NCBI GenBank assembly: GCA_964016885.1
Contig: OZ024743.1
Span: 115,630,001-115,694,000 of the forward strand
Length of the DNA stretch: 64,000 bases
Direction of reading: 5' to 3'
Source of the DNA: Eledone cirrhosa
Lineage: Eukaryota
This document shows, piece after piece, positions 51,414-64,000 of this stretch. Position 1 is the first letter of the stretch; every line of letters begins with the position of its first letter. A model generated the notes under the pieces. That model did no database searches, was not told where the DNA came from, and saw only the letters and a list, made by a program, of their open reading frames with translations. The position numbers and the translations under genes are program-made.

Positions 51414-52530
51414 ATAGTTTGGGAGGATCATGTTGCCAATAAGAAACTCACACACCAGTGTTTCACTGCAATTTATTATAAATTAAATTATAACCGGACG
51501 GTTGTTCATATATTGTCAAAGTTCTTTCGTCACACATTATGTGATCTCTTCAGTTACTGGGATTTTTTTCTTTGTTTTGTGCCTCTCATTTGTTCTGTCT
51601 TACGCCATCTGGTTGTTGTGTGTGTTGTGTGCTTAGTTTGCGCATGTGTTACATCTTGGTGTCTGTGTGTTTTTATTTGTTTATTTATTTGTTTATTTAC
51701 ATGTTACTAGTTAGTTGTTTGTTCTATGTGTGTGTGTTTTCATTTTGCCCTTAATTGTAAGTTGTGATGTTGCTATTCCATTCATGTTTTCTATTTAAAT
51801 TTGGTTGGAGTTCATTTATGTTTATTGCCTCTGTGATTTGTCTAAACATTGCGTATTTTCTGTGTAGATTTTATTTTTATTTCTATGTTCTCTAATTTGC
51901 CCGTATGTTCTATTTTAGCATGTTGGTGGAGTACTGATGATTCTTTCTATCTTGTAGCTCTCGCCAGTATTCATTTAATCGTTCTCCTATGCTACGAGCT
52001 GTCTCACCTACGTACACTATATTCTTATATTTACATTGTCCTTCAGTACATCTTATGCTATATACTATATTTCTAGTTTTGCAATTAATATAGGCGCTTA
52101 GTTTACAAATTATGCATTTCCTATCATTAAAGGGAGGTTTTGAAGAGAGTTTTTATGGAGGTACCTGGTCTTTCTACTATCTTAATATTTAGTTTAAGCT
52201 TATCTAGGATCCTTCTAAATTTGTAAGCTAGGGGTTGTATTTATGAATTGCAATAAATACCAGAGTTTAATATTCAACAATACCCCTTTTTTTAAACTAG
52301 ATGGCGTAGGACAGAAAAAAGGAGAAGCACAAAACAAAGAAAAGAATAACCAGTCACTGAAGAGGTCACAACATGTGTGACGCAAGAAATTTGACAACAT
52401 ATGAATAACCGTCCGGTTGTGGAACCAACCAACCAACCGGACATATAATTAAATTTATAATAAATTAGAGTGAAAGCAAATGGTGCGTGGGTTTCTTATT
52501 GGCAACATTACCCTTCCAAAGTATTACAAT
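51410..52530 (-). mobile_element. 5'-truncated Penelope-like element: GIY-YIG endonuclease end, 3' pLTR and inverted pLTR copy
   Basis: Minus strand 52086-51750 reads NCKTRNIVYSIRCTEGQCKYKNIVYVGETARSIGERLNE..HQHA..RQITEAINI..PNLNRKHEW. 51410-51610 is inverted relative to 52300-52530, and both arms carry CTGAAGA..G(A/C)AA hammerhead remnants. Confidence 0.88.
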
Positions 52531-52605
52531 ATCGGTTTCATCACACGTTTTCAGATAAAGAAGCTTGCTATATATATATATATGAAATTTCCTTTCATTT
52601 TTGCC

Positions 52606-52683
<78 letters not shown>

Positions 52684-52832
52684 GTGTGTGTACGCATATA
52701 CATTAAACAATCAAAGAATAGAAAAGACAGTAAGGTAATTATTTGGTCGTTAAATATGAAATGTGTAGAAAATTGTAGAAAAAAAACTGATTTCTACAAA
52801 TTTCATACTTGACGGCCCAATATATATATATA

Positions 52833-53460
52833 TGGACAAAATGAAAAGAAATTTCATTTCTCACTCTTAGTACGGCTGTTACTTAAATATAAGTATGTAT
52901 ACGTACATACATATATGTATAGAGACGTACAGTAGTATGTATATATATACATACATGCATATATATATATATGTACGTATGGATTTACCGAGCATTTATT
53001 ATAATGCTCGGTTTGTTTGTAAACAAACACCCCGAATTAAGCCGTACAGTGTTTAGCAACCATCGTTGCCCTTTTGTTCAACACTGACAAAGGAACGATG
53101 TACGAGTTTCAAGCTTATTAGCTATCGTCAGCACCGTATACCTTCCTGCTAGATGATTGAACGTCTGAAAGTATATACTTTCACACGTTCAATCATCTGG
53201 CAGGAAGGTATAAGGTGCTGACGATAACTAATAAGCTTGAAACTAGTACATCGTTCCTTTGTCAGTGTTGAACAAAAGGCCAACGATGGTTGCTAAACAC
53301 TGTACGGCTTAATTCGGGATATTTGTTTACAAACAAACCGTGCATTATAATAAATGTTCGGTGAAGTCATACGTACATATATATATATATGTGTGCATGT
53401 ATGTATATATATACATTCTACTGTACGTCTGTATACATATATGTATGTACTTAAACATAT
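52833..53460. mobile_element. Family P1 fold-back palindrome with two opposed hammerheads (53095-53137 minus, 53212-53254 plus)
   Basis: Arms of about 290 bp, with the symmetry axis inside GAAAGTAT|ATACTTTC near 53174. Confidence 0.88.
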
Positions 53461-54156
53461 ATATACATATATATTTTTATTCAATTCCCCCCATTACTTT
53501 TTTGTCCATTTAAGACTCTGAAAATCGATGTGTTTAATATTTGCATAATTTTCAGGAAATTTAACTTTTCCCACCATTTTAGAACCTTAGCATTATATAG
53601 ATAGGAAGTTGCATTAATTTTGCTTTGATTTAAAAATAATTTTAAAATACAGAATTATTAATATCTTCTCGCTATATTACACTTAAATTATAAATTGTTT
53701 CATTCGGATTACCTCGCAAATTTTCTTACATGTTTGGTGTAACTGTAATGAGGCAATGTGTTAAATCCTTTAGAAGTAATTTCTACAGGAGGTTTTTGCA
53801 GCCTATGACAGTTAGTATCAGAGCAAATTCTATCATGTGAGTGAAAACAAATATTCATACAAATATTCATACCTCTAATTGCACCAAATAGACTCTATGT
53901 ATTCTATTTCATGCCTTCCAATATAATATTGCAATTTATTATTTTATCTTGTTTTGCCGATCAGCAATATATTGTAGGTGGCGGCGAATAGGTAGGCATT
54001 AGAACGTCGAGTGGAATTCTTTTCGAATATCTGATCCTCCCCACCATTTCAAATCACACCGAGGTCAGCTTTGACTCTCATCTATTAGACATCAATAAAA
54101 ACATACCTGTTGAGTACTACTACTACTAATACTACTACTACTACTACTACCACCAC

Positions 54157-54191
<35 letters not shown>

Positions 54192-54509
54192 CTAGTAGTA
54201 GTTCTTCTTCTTCTTCTTCTTCGTTTCTCTCTCTCTCCTTTTTTGCTTCTCTAGAAGAAGTCAGTTGTGTTTTGACCGTAAGAGGAAACATGCTCTGCCT
54301 TATTTTGAGTGTCCAATGAACGTCATGAGTCACAACAGCATCGTTAGGACTCAATCAGGAGTACACGCATAACATATATACGTTATGCTCAATGAAGATA
54401 CAATTAAATGTATTTCAAAAATTATATATTTTTATTATGTCTCAGGCAAATAAATATGAGAAATAAGATATTAAGAATACGATAAGTGAAGAATCTATTA
54501 ATATATAAT

Positions 54510-54691
54510 TGTTTCTTCTTTTGGCACAAGGCCAGCAATTATCCAGTGCATTACTGGTACTTTATTTTATCGACCCCGCAAGGATGAAAGGCAAAGTTAA
54601 CCTCGGCGGGATTTGAACTCAGACTGTAAAGGGACGTAACTATGCTAGAAAGCATGGCGTCCAACCCTCTACCGATACTACCAACCCACCG
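54510..54691 (-). mobile_element. SINE family S1 with near-perfect 16-bp TSD
   Basis: TCTATTAATATATAAT at 54494-54509 and TCTATTCATATATAAT at 54692-54707. Confidence 0.9.
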
Positions 54692-54944
54692 TCTATTCAT
54701 ATATAATGCTCTTGAGTGTGTGTACGTCACGCAAAGGGATGTAACTCATCTATGTTTCAGTATTTAAATATAAATACATAAATATGGATACATACACATA
54801 CATAACTTTATCAAGATTATAAAAAGACCGCAGTTGAAAGATATATACAAATAAACATCTACCCTTTAGTCGTCATTTTTGACGGCACGAGGCCAGCTAG
54901 TGAATAAATAGACTCCATAGACATGCCGTTGTATATTAGTTTTG

Positions 54945-55330
54945 GAGTTAGCATATATTGCATTGTATCTCATAGTATATGTTACACTGAAGCACATAGT
55001 GTGTATTACATTGTAGACTTTAGTGTATAATACATTGTATAAGTTATTATTAGATACATTCTTGGAGTTAGTATATAATAAATTGTTGGAAGTACTATAT
55101 ATTACATTGATGCAGTTAGTACATATTACATTGTAACAGTAAGTAAATATTTTAGTGTAGTAGTTAGTATATATTACATTACCAAAGTTATATAATACAT
55201 TGTTGAAGTTATCATATATTGCATTTTTGAAGATTCGCATAGTATATTGTTGGTGTTAATATATATATATATAATATTAGTGTTAGTATATATTACATCG
55301 TTGAAATTCTATACATTATAGTGGGGTTAG
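54945..55330. repeat. Decayed 24-bp minisatellite
   Basis: Recurrent TAGTATATATTACATTGTTGAAGT-like units. Confidence 0.75.
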
Positions 55331-56386
55331 AATTATTTGATTTTAGTTGCAGCTTTATATACATTATCAGTTCATCATATACGCGCCAAAAGAAAGTATA
55401 TTATATTTAAGAGAGCCTTCTGGTAGTATTATATTAAACATTCGATTGCATGTTTCCAATATTTAATGCATATTATAGTTGATTAATTCATCAGGATAAT
55501 TTGATTACACACAGCCTAAGCGAATAAGTATGCTATAAGTTTTAAACGTATCCAGTCAAAATATATTCTAAATGCCTGCGAAACACACACAATTCTTGTA
55601 AAATTGAATTAGCTATATATATATATATATACATAAGGGGTTGTAGGTGGAGTAAGAAAATAGGGAATAATAAACACCTTTCTTTGTGAAATTATACAAC
55701 AAATCTCCATTATAACATACATGACAGCATTGTAAATATTTTTCCTGACTCGTGTGTTTATATAGGTTCTTCCTTGCATATATATTAGGATAGGTTTATC
55801 TATCTGTATATATGTGTTTTCTCATATCTGTAGGCTAGAAAAAATATCAGTTGCAGTTGCGTTATTACTGAATAAGACTACCAAATGTTATTGATAGCAA
55901 AGCATATTTACGAAATACTCAAATATATACAGATATACACAAAGGCCTGTACACACAGCATCTAACACGCAATTACACATGTAAATTCTAAGCAACTACT
56001 GCCAAATAATTATTTATTCATTGATATATTCAGTTACAATGCAAATATCTTGCACGAGAACATAGCAGATTATCAATCTGAAGCAAATATAGGAATATAG
56101 GAAATTAGCTATAAATATCAAATCGGAGTAAAACACCGTAAGTGGTATCTGTCAGGCCATTGAAGTGAACGATACTGTTATACAACGTTTGAATAAACTA
56201 TATTTACGCTATGATTTGTTAAAAGCTTTCTCATACAAATCTTCTTTATTTCATGCAAGATATAGCGCGAACTCAGCAACATTATGGAACTATACAATTA
56301 TACAGGAGGAAAGTTATTATCTATAAAATGGGCTGGATTCTATAAATATAAATGAACGTAAGATGGAGGATCAAAGTGTTATTTCT

Positions 56387-56538
<152 letters not shown>

Positions 56539-56544
56539 TGTATA

Positions 56545-56578
<34 letters not shown>

Positions 56579-56789
56579 ACCATTCTATGGGAATTGTAAA
56601 AGCTTCTTTGCCCTATGCAGCGGGTAGACTAGTGAGGATATTTTATTTAATCAGATAATACAGACAGTAAGATAGAAAGGCACACAGAGACACGCATCAA
56701 TACACACGCATACATCACACAAGTCATGCATATACGTATATATCATCATTATCATTATGTATATGTATATATATTTATATATACCAAGT

Positions 56790-57085
56790 GAAGGCGTGGT
56801 TCTAAGTGGTTAAAGCGAGCGCCGCTTTCACGATCATGAGGTTATGAGATTGATTCCCACATGATCCCTGGATATCTTGAACAAGAGCCTTTATTTCAGG
56901 CTCCTCAAGTTCAGTCAGCTGTAGATATGACTTTCGTTGCCACTGGTGCCAAGCAGTATCGGCCTTTGCTTTTCTCTTGAAAAACATAGTTGGCGTGAAG
57001 AAGAGAGACTGCTACAAATGAGCGACTGCTAATCTTCCTCAAAAGCATCTTGCCCGGAATTGTCTCTCGAAAGGGAATCTTTGTA
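56790..57085 (+). mobile_element. tRNA-type SINE, CORE-like family
   Basis: GGCGTGGTTCTAAGTGGTTAAAGCG..GATTCCC..TTGAACAAGAG..AGTTCAGTCAGCTGT. Confidence 0.55.
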
Positions 57086-57148
57086 GGTGCAAATCCCATG
57101 TAGGAAAAGAGTTATGGCCCCGGCGGCTGAGCTCTGGCCGCTTCGACA

Positions 57149-57540
57149 GCTAGAACAGCCGTTAAAACGGCTCTACATGTCAAAATATGTCAAAATACTA
57201 TCAAAAACAGAGGTGGGCGAAGATGCCTCAGATGACAAAGACCAGAGGCCAGTGGTCAACAGAGAAACAATCCGCAAGGTGGCTAAAAGCCCGAGGAAAT
57301 ATGAAAAAAAAGGAAAGAGGAAGGGGACAAGTGTGTTCGTGCAGAGAAGTGACCGGAAGAGTCTGTGCGTCGATACAGTTCTTGCTTTTCCTATTTGAAT
57401 CTTTTCGATATTTCTTTTGTCTGTCGGCCACATTGTGGATTGTCTTTCTTGTTACTACTAGCCGCTGGTCTCTCACCTCGGAGGCATTTTTTCCATCACT
57501 GTCTTTGATAGAATTTAGCTGTTTTAACGGCTGATCTAGC
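57149..57540. repeat. Imperfect inverted repeat element (arms about 150 bp, spacer about 90 bp)
   Basis: GCTAGAACAGCCGTTAAAAC.. / ..GTTTTAACGGCTGATCTAGC. Confidence 0.75.
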
Positions 57541-57604
57541 GATGAATTTTCTCATTTTTATATGTATTCAAACACACTCCGTCAGAGACAACATTTTTTT
57601 TTCA

Positions 57605-57639
<35 letters not shown>

Positions 57640-57640
<1 letters not shown>

Positions 57641-58410
57641 CTCGCCTGACAGCTCCCAACCCCTTGACTGCTCTTTTCCTCCCTTCCCTCTCTCGCACAC
57701 TTCGCCCTGCCATCTCCACCCCTTGTCTTGACCGTCTTGACCACTTCCTGTTGCGCACACCTCACAACTTTCGACTTCCTTCTTACCATTTCCACGGACC
57801 CTACCACTTTGGTTATACATTCGGATATCTACGAAAATTACTACCCGGAACCACGCCATCATTCTACACACACACCGGAAAACCATTCCGGAACACAAAC
57901 ATACACAAACACTTACACCATTTTCGCCCACACGCAGACATACATTCCCACGTATCCACACCACACAGACTTACACTCCACCCCAACGAACACAATGGGT
58001 TTTCCAAAACCCAAGCATGCACCTCCGTCTCGCCCAGACTCTCACACTTACATCCACGCATACACACACACACACGTACACCTACACACACACACACATC
58101 ACCTTCCGCCCTCCCCACTCGGACCTCTTTTTTCCTGCTCCCCCTCCCTCCTCTCTATCCACCCACCACCTCCACACGCCTCACTTCTTTTCACCACTTG
58201 TTTTTAATTTTTATTTTCCACTTCATGTTATTTTTCCCCACTAACTTCCCCCTCACTCCCTCTCGGAGTTCCTCCTCCTTCCCACCACCCTCCTGATGAG
58301 GGACGTATGCCCGAAACGTCGCACCCACACACACCCACTCTCAATAAGCGTGAACCTAATACCTTTCGTAATTGTACTCCTGTGTTGTTGTTTTTTACTT
58401 TCCTCTATAT
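57640..58410 (+). mobile_element. Possible degenerate Penelope-like remnant with hammerhead core near 58294-58320
   Basis: Follows (TA)n. The weak RT C-terminal-like stretch FDFLLTISTDPTTLVIHSDIYE and CTGATGA-GGG-ACGTATG-CCC-GAAAC are present, but there is no stem I partner. Confidence 0.45.
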
Positions 58411-60573
58411 ATACGTGTGTGTGTGTTTGTGTGTGCGTGTGCTTGTGTGATAACTGTAAATCTGCTATCAAGCCTGTCCATATTTCAAACTTGTTTATGT
58501 TATTGCTTTAGAGTTGTACTGCTTCCTTGAAACACATGTGCCTGACTCCACCAACGCTAAGACGAGATGTCTGCTGTATCTTTTTTGTTCGAAGAATTTC
58601 GCTTCAAATTATGCTCTGATGAAAAAGGACATACAAATTGATCCATACTTTCTCTGTGTGCTATATTCCATACCCATTCTTGCCATCTGTTTAATCACAG
58701 AGACATAAAATCATTGACCCGATTAACACTTGATTTGCTGTGCACTCTCGGTGATTGAATATCTCACTTAACCGAACCGTTATTGTTCTGGGTAGATAAG
58801 TGTATGTACTTCTTTATATGCGTGTGATTTGTGTGTTTCTGTGAGCGCTTGAGTATTTGTTTGTATGAATGTGCGAGTGTATGTGAGATCCAGTATAGTT
58901 AAATGACTGCTAATATACTGTAGGAAGGGACAGGGATCTTCATTTTCAATTAATTGAAATTATAATACAAATGAGAAAGAAAGAAAATGGCGTCAGTGAA
59001 AATTATTCTGAATAGAGGCAAGCCTGCAATCTATCGTTTTATCAACAATAAAACTTCAATTTTGATTCTATTAAATGCGTGAATAACCTCTTTTAACATA
59101 AGTTTGTCACTTCAGTATATTGATTACGTGAGCCCCAATCAAATGTGATAGGAGTTGAGAATGCTCGTAGGAAACTACAACTCATGAATTGTTGCAAGTA
59201 ATCTTTGGTAGGGTCGTTAAAAGCTTTGCAGCATTGGTTCCGGATCTCTGCGCTCTGTGTTCCCCTCCCGCCAAGGACAAGTTTTGAGGTAGACTAAAGG
59301 ACTCCCAATCCGATACTGGTATCGATTCTTCCTCTATATCTCTTTCTCACTTCCACAGCCCACACATTTACTCCTTCTATGGTAGAAATCAGCTGTATAC
59401 AAATATGATGATCCGATAGTCTATGCCCGATTAAAAAATGCGCAAGACACGACATACATTATTACGCGTCCTACCAACTGTATCAGGAGTTGCGGTTGCA
59501 TACATACATGCATACATACATATATACACATATAGTGACAGACATTTTAAGAAATGCTAGATGTAATTATTATTCATGGCTGAGTAAAGTGTGAAACTGT
59601 GGAAAAATGTGAATATATTTTAACACCATTTGACAATTCCGTTTTAACCGTAGACAAATGAACCAGATGTGTTTGAGGGTTCGTGGTTCTATTGTTAAAA
59701 TAGAAACGGTATATTACTTTTCATACTGCTTCGCGCAAATGTAAGGATTTTATTCTTTACAACGTCTGATACTCAGTTCGAGGCGGCAAGTATATAAGCC
59801 AAACTTGTGACAATAAAAATCTGAGTAGAATGACAATATGGATTAAAAAAACGGGGTATTATCGAAAGAAAATTAGAGGTCATATTATTTGGTGTAGTTA
59901 TATTGGTAGTGGATTCAACGATTGCACGATATACACATCTCATTGTATTTATAGACATGTAAATTCGGTTAGAATCGTAGTGACAGACAGCGTGTCTTCG
60001 CATAGAAACCTGGGCGAACACATCTCTCCTTCTCCAGGACTTAACACAGCCGATACCAGAGGTAGAGAGTTAATGAGTGAGGGGGATAGATGGAGAGCTA
60101 TGGCTGTACTGGACAGATAATCTTTGTTATTGATCTCGAAACGTTGAGAACAAAATTGACAATTGCGGCGTTTGAATTCATAGTACAGCGAACCAGATCG
60201 AATATTGCAAAGCTTTCTATCGAACGTTCCAGCGACTCTGCCAATTCACCGACTTAATATTATATATATGGTTTAGGTGGAAATTCATCTAAAAGACATT
60301 TGCTCGCATGATATTAATATATAAAAACATATATTGGACGTTGGATTTCGTGGACCAATGTTTACATAGATTCATAGATTTATCAAGAAGGTTGTAGACG
60401 TTTTCTTATTAAAGCCCTGCAAAGGAAGGTAAGACAATATAATTACAGAGCATAGAAAATGTTATAGCAATTTCTGAACATAGAGTTATATTCCATAGAA
60501 ATACTTGATGCGTATTGCATTAATATAAGTTCATTTATATATATATATAATGTTTATATGTATATAAGTATAT

Positions 60574-60648
<75 letters not shown>

Positions 60649-60691
60649 GCTGTGGGTGTCTACGTATCTATGCAAACATAATATATATGTA

Positions 60692-60737
<46 letters not shown>

Positions 60738-60772
60738 AAAAAATAGAGGTGTGACACACGAGTTGTGATATA

Positions 60773-61136
60773 TTAGTAAAAAGGAAAAGAAAATGGTGAC
60801 AAATTTTTCCCAGTGAAAAATAGTTTAATTAGGAATAAGTATAAATTAGTAATAAGTATTAGTTAGTATTCAGTTTTAGTTTTAAGTTTATACCGGTTGC
60901 GCATTTCTTATGCTTTTCAAAAATAAGTTTGAGATAGAGTGCTCGTGATTAGAGCAAAAATCACGAGCACTCTATCTCAAAATTATTTTTGAAAAGCATA
61001 AGAAATGCGCAACCGGTAAAAACTTAAAACTAAAACTGAATACTAATTAATACTTATTACTAATTTATATTTATTCCCAATTAAACTATTTTTCACTGGG
61101 GACAATTTGTCAGCATTTTCTTTTCCTTTTTCCTAA
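60773..61136. repeat. Fold-back palindrome (arms about 178 bp) between (TA)n runs
   Basis: Centred on GAGATAGAGTGCTCGTGATT-loop-AATCACGAGCACTCTATCTC. Confidence 0.92.
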
Positions 61137-61256
61137 CATATATATATATATATAAATATATATATATATGTGTGTGTGTGTGCATATATATGTATGTGTG
61201 TGTTTGTGTGTGTATATATATATATATATGTGTGTGTGTGTATATATATATGTATA

Positions 61257-61362
<106 letters not shown>

Positions 61363-61857
61363 GGTGTGTGTGTGTGTATATATATATATATATGTATATG
61401 TGTTGTGTGTATGCATGTGTATATACGTTTGTGTATATGCGTGCGATCTACAGGTTCATCTACGTGAGTATGCACGATATGTTAAAGATAAATAGGTAGC
61501 ATATGTTTTGGTAGCATATGTTTTGTACGCATAAATTTCATCTTAATTTAGAGGTGCGTACTATATTATTATTTTATCATATTCAAAATAAATATTAGAA
61601 TCTAAATGTAATATATTAGATAGAATGTATTAAAAACAAAAAGAATAGCAAATAAATGGATATATAGAACACTATTTCACGGAGGTGGATTATGTAATAT
61701 TTCTCACCCTCATTTTGCGTCATGTTTGCCATGGGATATCAATATTTATTTCCATATGTTTATGTATATATACAGACACTCATGCATATATCTATATACA
61801 CAAGGGTAGAAGTGGTAGTTCTAGTTGGTAAACCATAATGCATCAAATCAATCAAAG

Positions 61858-62599
61858 TTCAACGACTTGCTTTAGCTGTTGCTCGCACCAACCGGAGGTA
61901 TATGGTCTTTAAAGCGATGAAATACCAATGATGGTTGGAAGATCACTGATGAAGGGTAACTTTATTCATATGTAACCCATTTGCAACCACGCAGCACGTT
62001 TGTTTTCATATTCACACATATATTTTCCCCCGCTGTGACCCGTCTATTTCGTTCTTACTGCTTCCTCTTTCTCTGTATCTTTATCCTCTCTAACAGTCAC
62101 TCTCTCTGTTAGCCTCTTCCTCACTCTTCACTCACTCACTCTCTGCTAATACCTCTCCTACTTCCTCCCGTTTGACCTGTGCGTAATTCTTTTCTCGCGC
62201 ACGCTTGAACAGGCTGGTTGTTCCTTTTTTCTCTCTGGTCTACGATTTCACAGAATTTATGTTCATCGAATTCAAGGACTCGACTCCTTCTTCCTCCCGT
62301 TTGACCTGTGCGGAATTCCTTCCTTGCTCACATTTCGAGTAGGTTTGATGGTCTTTATTCTCTCTCGTTCACGATTTCACCGAATTTATATTCATGGAAA
62401 TCTGGGACTTGACTCTTTCTTCCTCACTTTTCGTTGCTTTACCATCTTTGTTTGTTTACATTCTCGCTCGTTCCCCTTATTTACGTGTCCCAACGACTTT
62501 CTTTAGCCGTTGCTCGCACCAAACGGAGGTATATGGTCTTTAAAGCAATGAAATACCAATGATGGTTGGAAGATCACTGATGAAGGACTAACTTTATTC

Positions 62600-62604
<5 letters not shown>
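61858..62604 (+). repeat. Direct repeats of about 115 bp (61858-61972 and 62490-62604) flanking a pyrimidine-rich interior with an internal tandem unit of about 130 bp; pLTR-like
   Basis: Both repeats end ..GATCACTGATGAAGG..TAACTTTATTCATAT. CTTCCTCCCGTTTGACCTGTGCG occurs at 62161 and 62290. Confidence 0.7.
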
Positions 62605-62684
<80 letters not shown>

Positions 62685-62984
62685 TTAAACAAAAATAACA
62701 ACACAAACAGTACAGTATATAGAAGGGATATATTAGGTTAACGCTTGATATAGCTATATGTATATAGACATATGTGTGTGCGTGTGTTATGTATGTATTT
62801 ATATACTTCCATATGAGAATGTGTGTGAGTTATATGTGTATATAGATATATTTATGAGTGCGTGTGTATGTATACATAAACTTATGTAAACAAATATTTT
62901 TATTCCATGGCAAATATATATACAGGACCCGCTGGGAGGTGAGTTTGAGAACTCCGCCACCACGACCCACTAAAGATTACGTGG

Positions 62985-63123
62985 AAGAAGAAGACGAAGA
63001 AGAAGAAGAAGAAGAAGAAGAAGAAGAAGAAGAAGAAGAAGAAGAAGAAGAAGAAGAAGAAGAAGAAGAAGAAGAAGAAGAAGAAGAAGAAGAAGAAGAA
63101 GAAGAAGAAGAAGAAGAAGAAGA
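62985..63123. repeat. (GAA)n microsatellite
   Basis: Seen directly in the sequence. Confidence 0.95.
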
Positions 63124-64000
63124 TATATCTATATTATACTAAGCGTTTTTGTGCTAGTGTAATTGAAATGTTAAACAATCCATATAATGAGTTTGCTGCT
63201 AGATAAATAAATGCTCTACAATGGAACAATGGAAAACCGCACACAATTGGTTTATCTATAAAAAAAGGAGTTCATGAAGATATGCATACTTGTCTCATAA
63301 TTAAAGGAATGCAATTCGAAATAATTTGTTTTAATAGCAGGATTTTGCTTTACCCCTTTACTTTTCAATGTGTAATTTGTTGCGATCATTTCTATCAGAA
63401 CTAGAAATACTAATTAATCCAGATGATAGTGCTTGCAGTATCGTCAAGTAATTTCCTTTTAAATAGACGTTTAAAGTTTAAAACATCGTTTATATTCCTA
63501 CTTGAACTACTCTATGTGGACGATTAAGATCCTCGTCAGATACCTACGAAACAATCTAGACATTAATAAAGTATTTGGAAGATTCGCTTGTAGCCTCCCT
63601 ATGTTTTACATTTATTTAGAAATATTTATGACCAAATTCCAACTCTATATCTTTCGAGAATGCTGTAACAAGGCCTACACTTCCATATCTTCCGAAAACA
63701 AGCTATGTGTTAGGATAATGTCTCCTGCCTCATATGGCTCAATTACCTACCACTCATATCTTTATGTATGTACTTTTATGTATACAAACATATACATGCA
63801 TAAATTTATATACGCATGTATGCGTTTTAGTGTATGTATATATTTATGCATGTATGTTATGTTTTGAAACGTTCTTTTTTTTATTCTCTATTATTTCTAC
63901 CAATTTTCCTATAACCATGCTTTGGATTTTTATCTACACGATAAACTTGCTTTGATGGAATTTAGTTAAAAACTGAAGCAAAGTGTTACATGGTCAATTT

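Noticed and set aside
54866-55240. 124-aa ORF with 8-residue periodicity
   Set aside because: Product of a decayed 24-bp minisatellite, with no evidence of coding constraint.

Overview
AT-rich, repeat-saturated animal DNA. The SINE/RTE/Penelope repertoire and microsatellite load suggest a cephalopod such as Octopus (inference only). I find no host protein-coding gene. From about 0.3 to 30.8 kb the window is a stack of non-LTR retrotransposons separated by (TTA)n runs. Seven R4/Dong-like RT+RLE pieces from two families all lie on the minus strand, one with an uninterrupted 1082-aa ORF. Three L1/Tx1-like APE+RT pieces all lie on the plus strand. Both long Tx1-like copies have a 52-53 nt GT..AG segment spanning the ORF1 stop and ORF2 start; removing it would fuse ORF1 to ORF2 in frame. 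The rest of the window holds (TA)n-embedded Penelope-like remnants with minimal hammerhead ribozyme motifs, many folded back into long palindromes. It also holds over a dozen copies of one tRNA-type SINE, RTE and CRE fragments, a long-TIR MITE and simple repeats. Boundaries were read by eye and may be off by a few bases.
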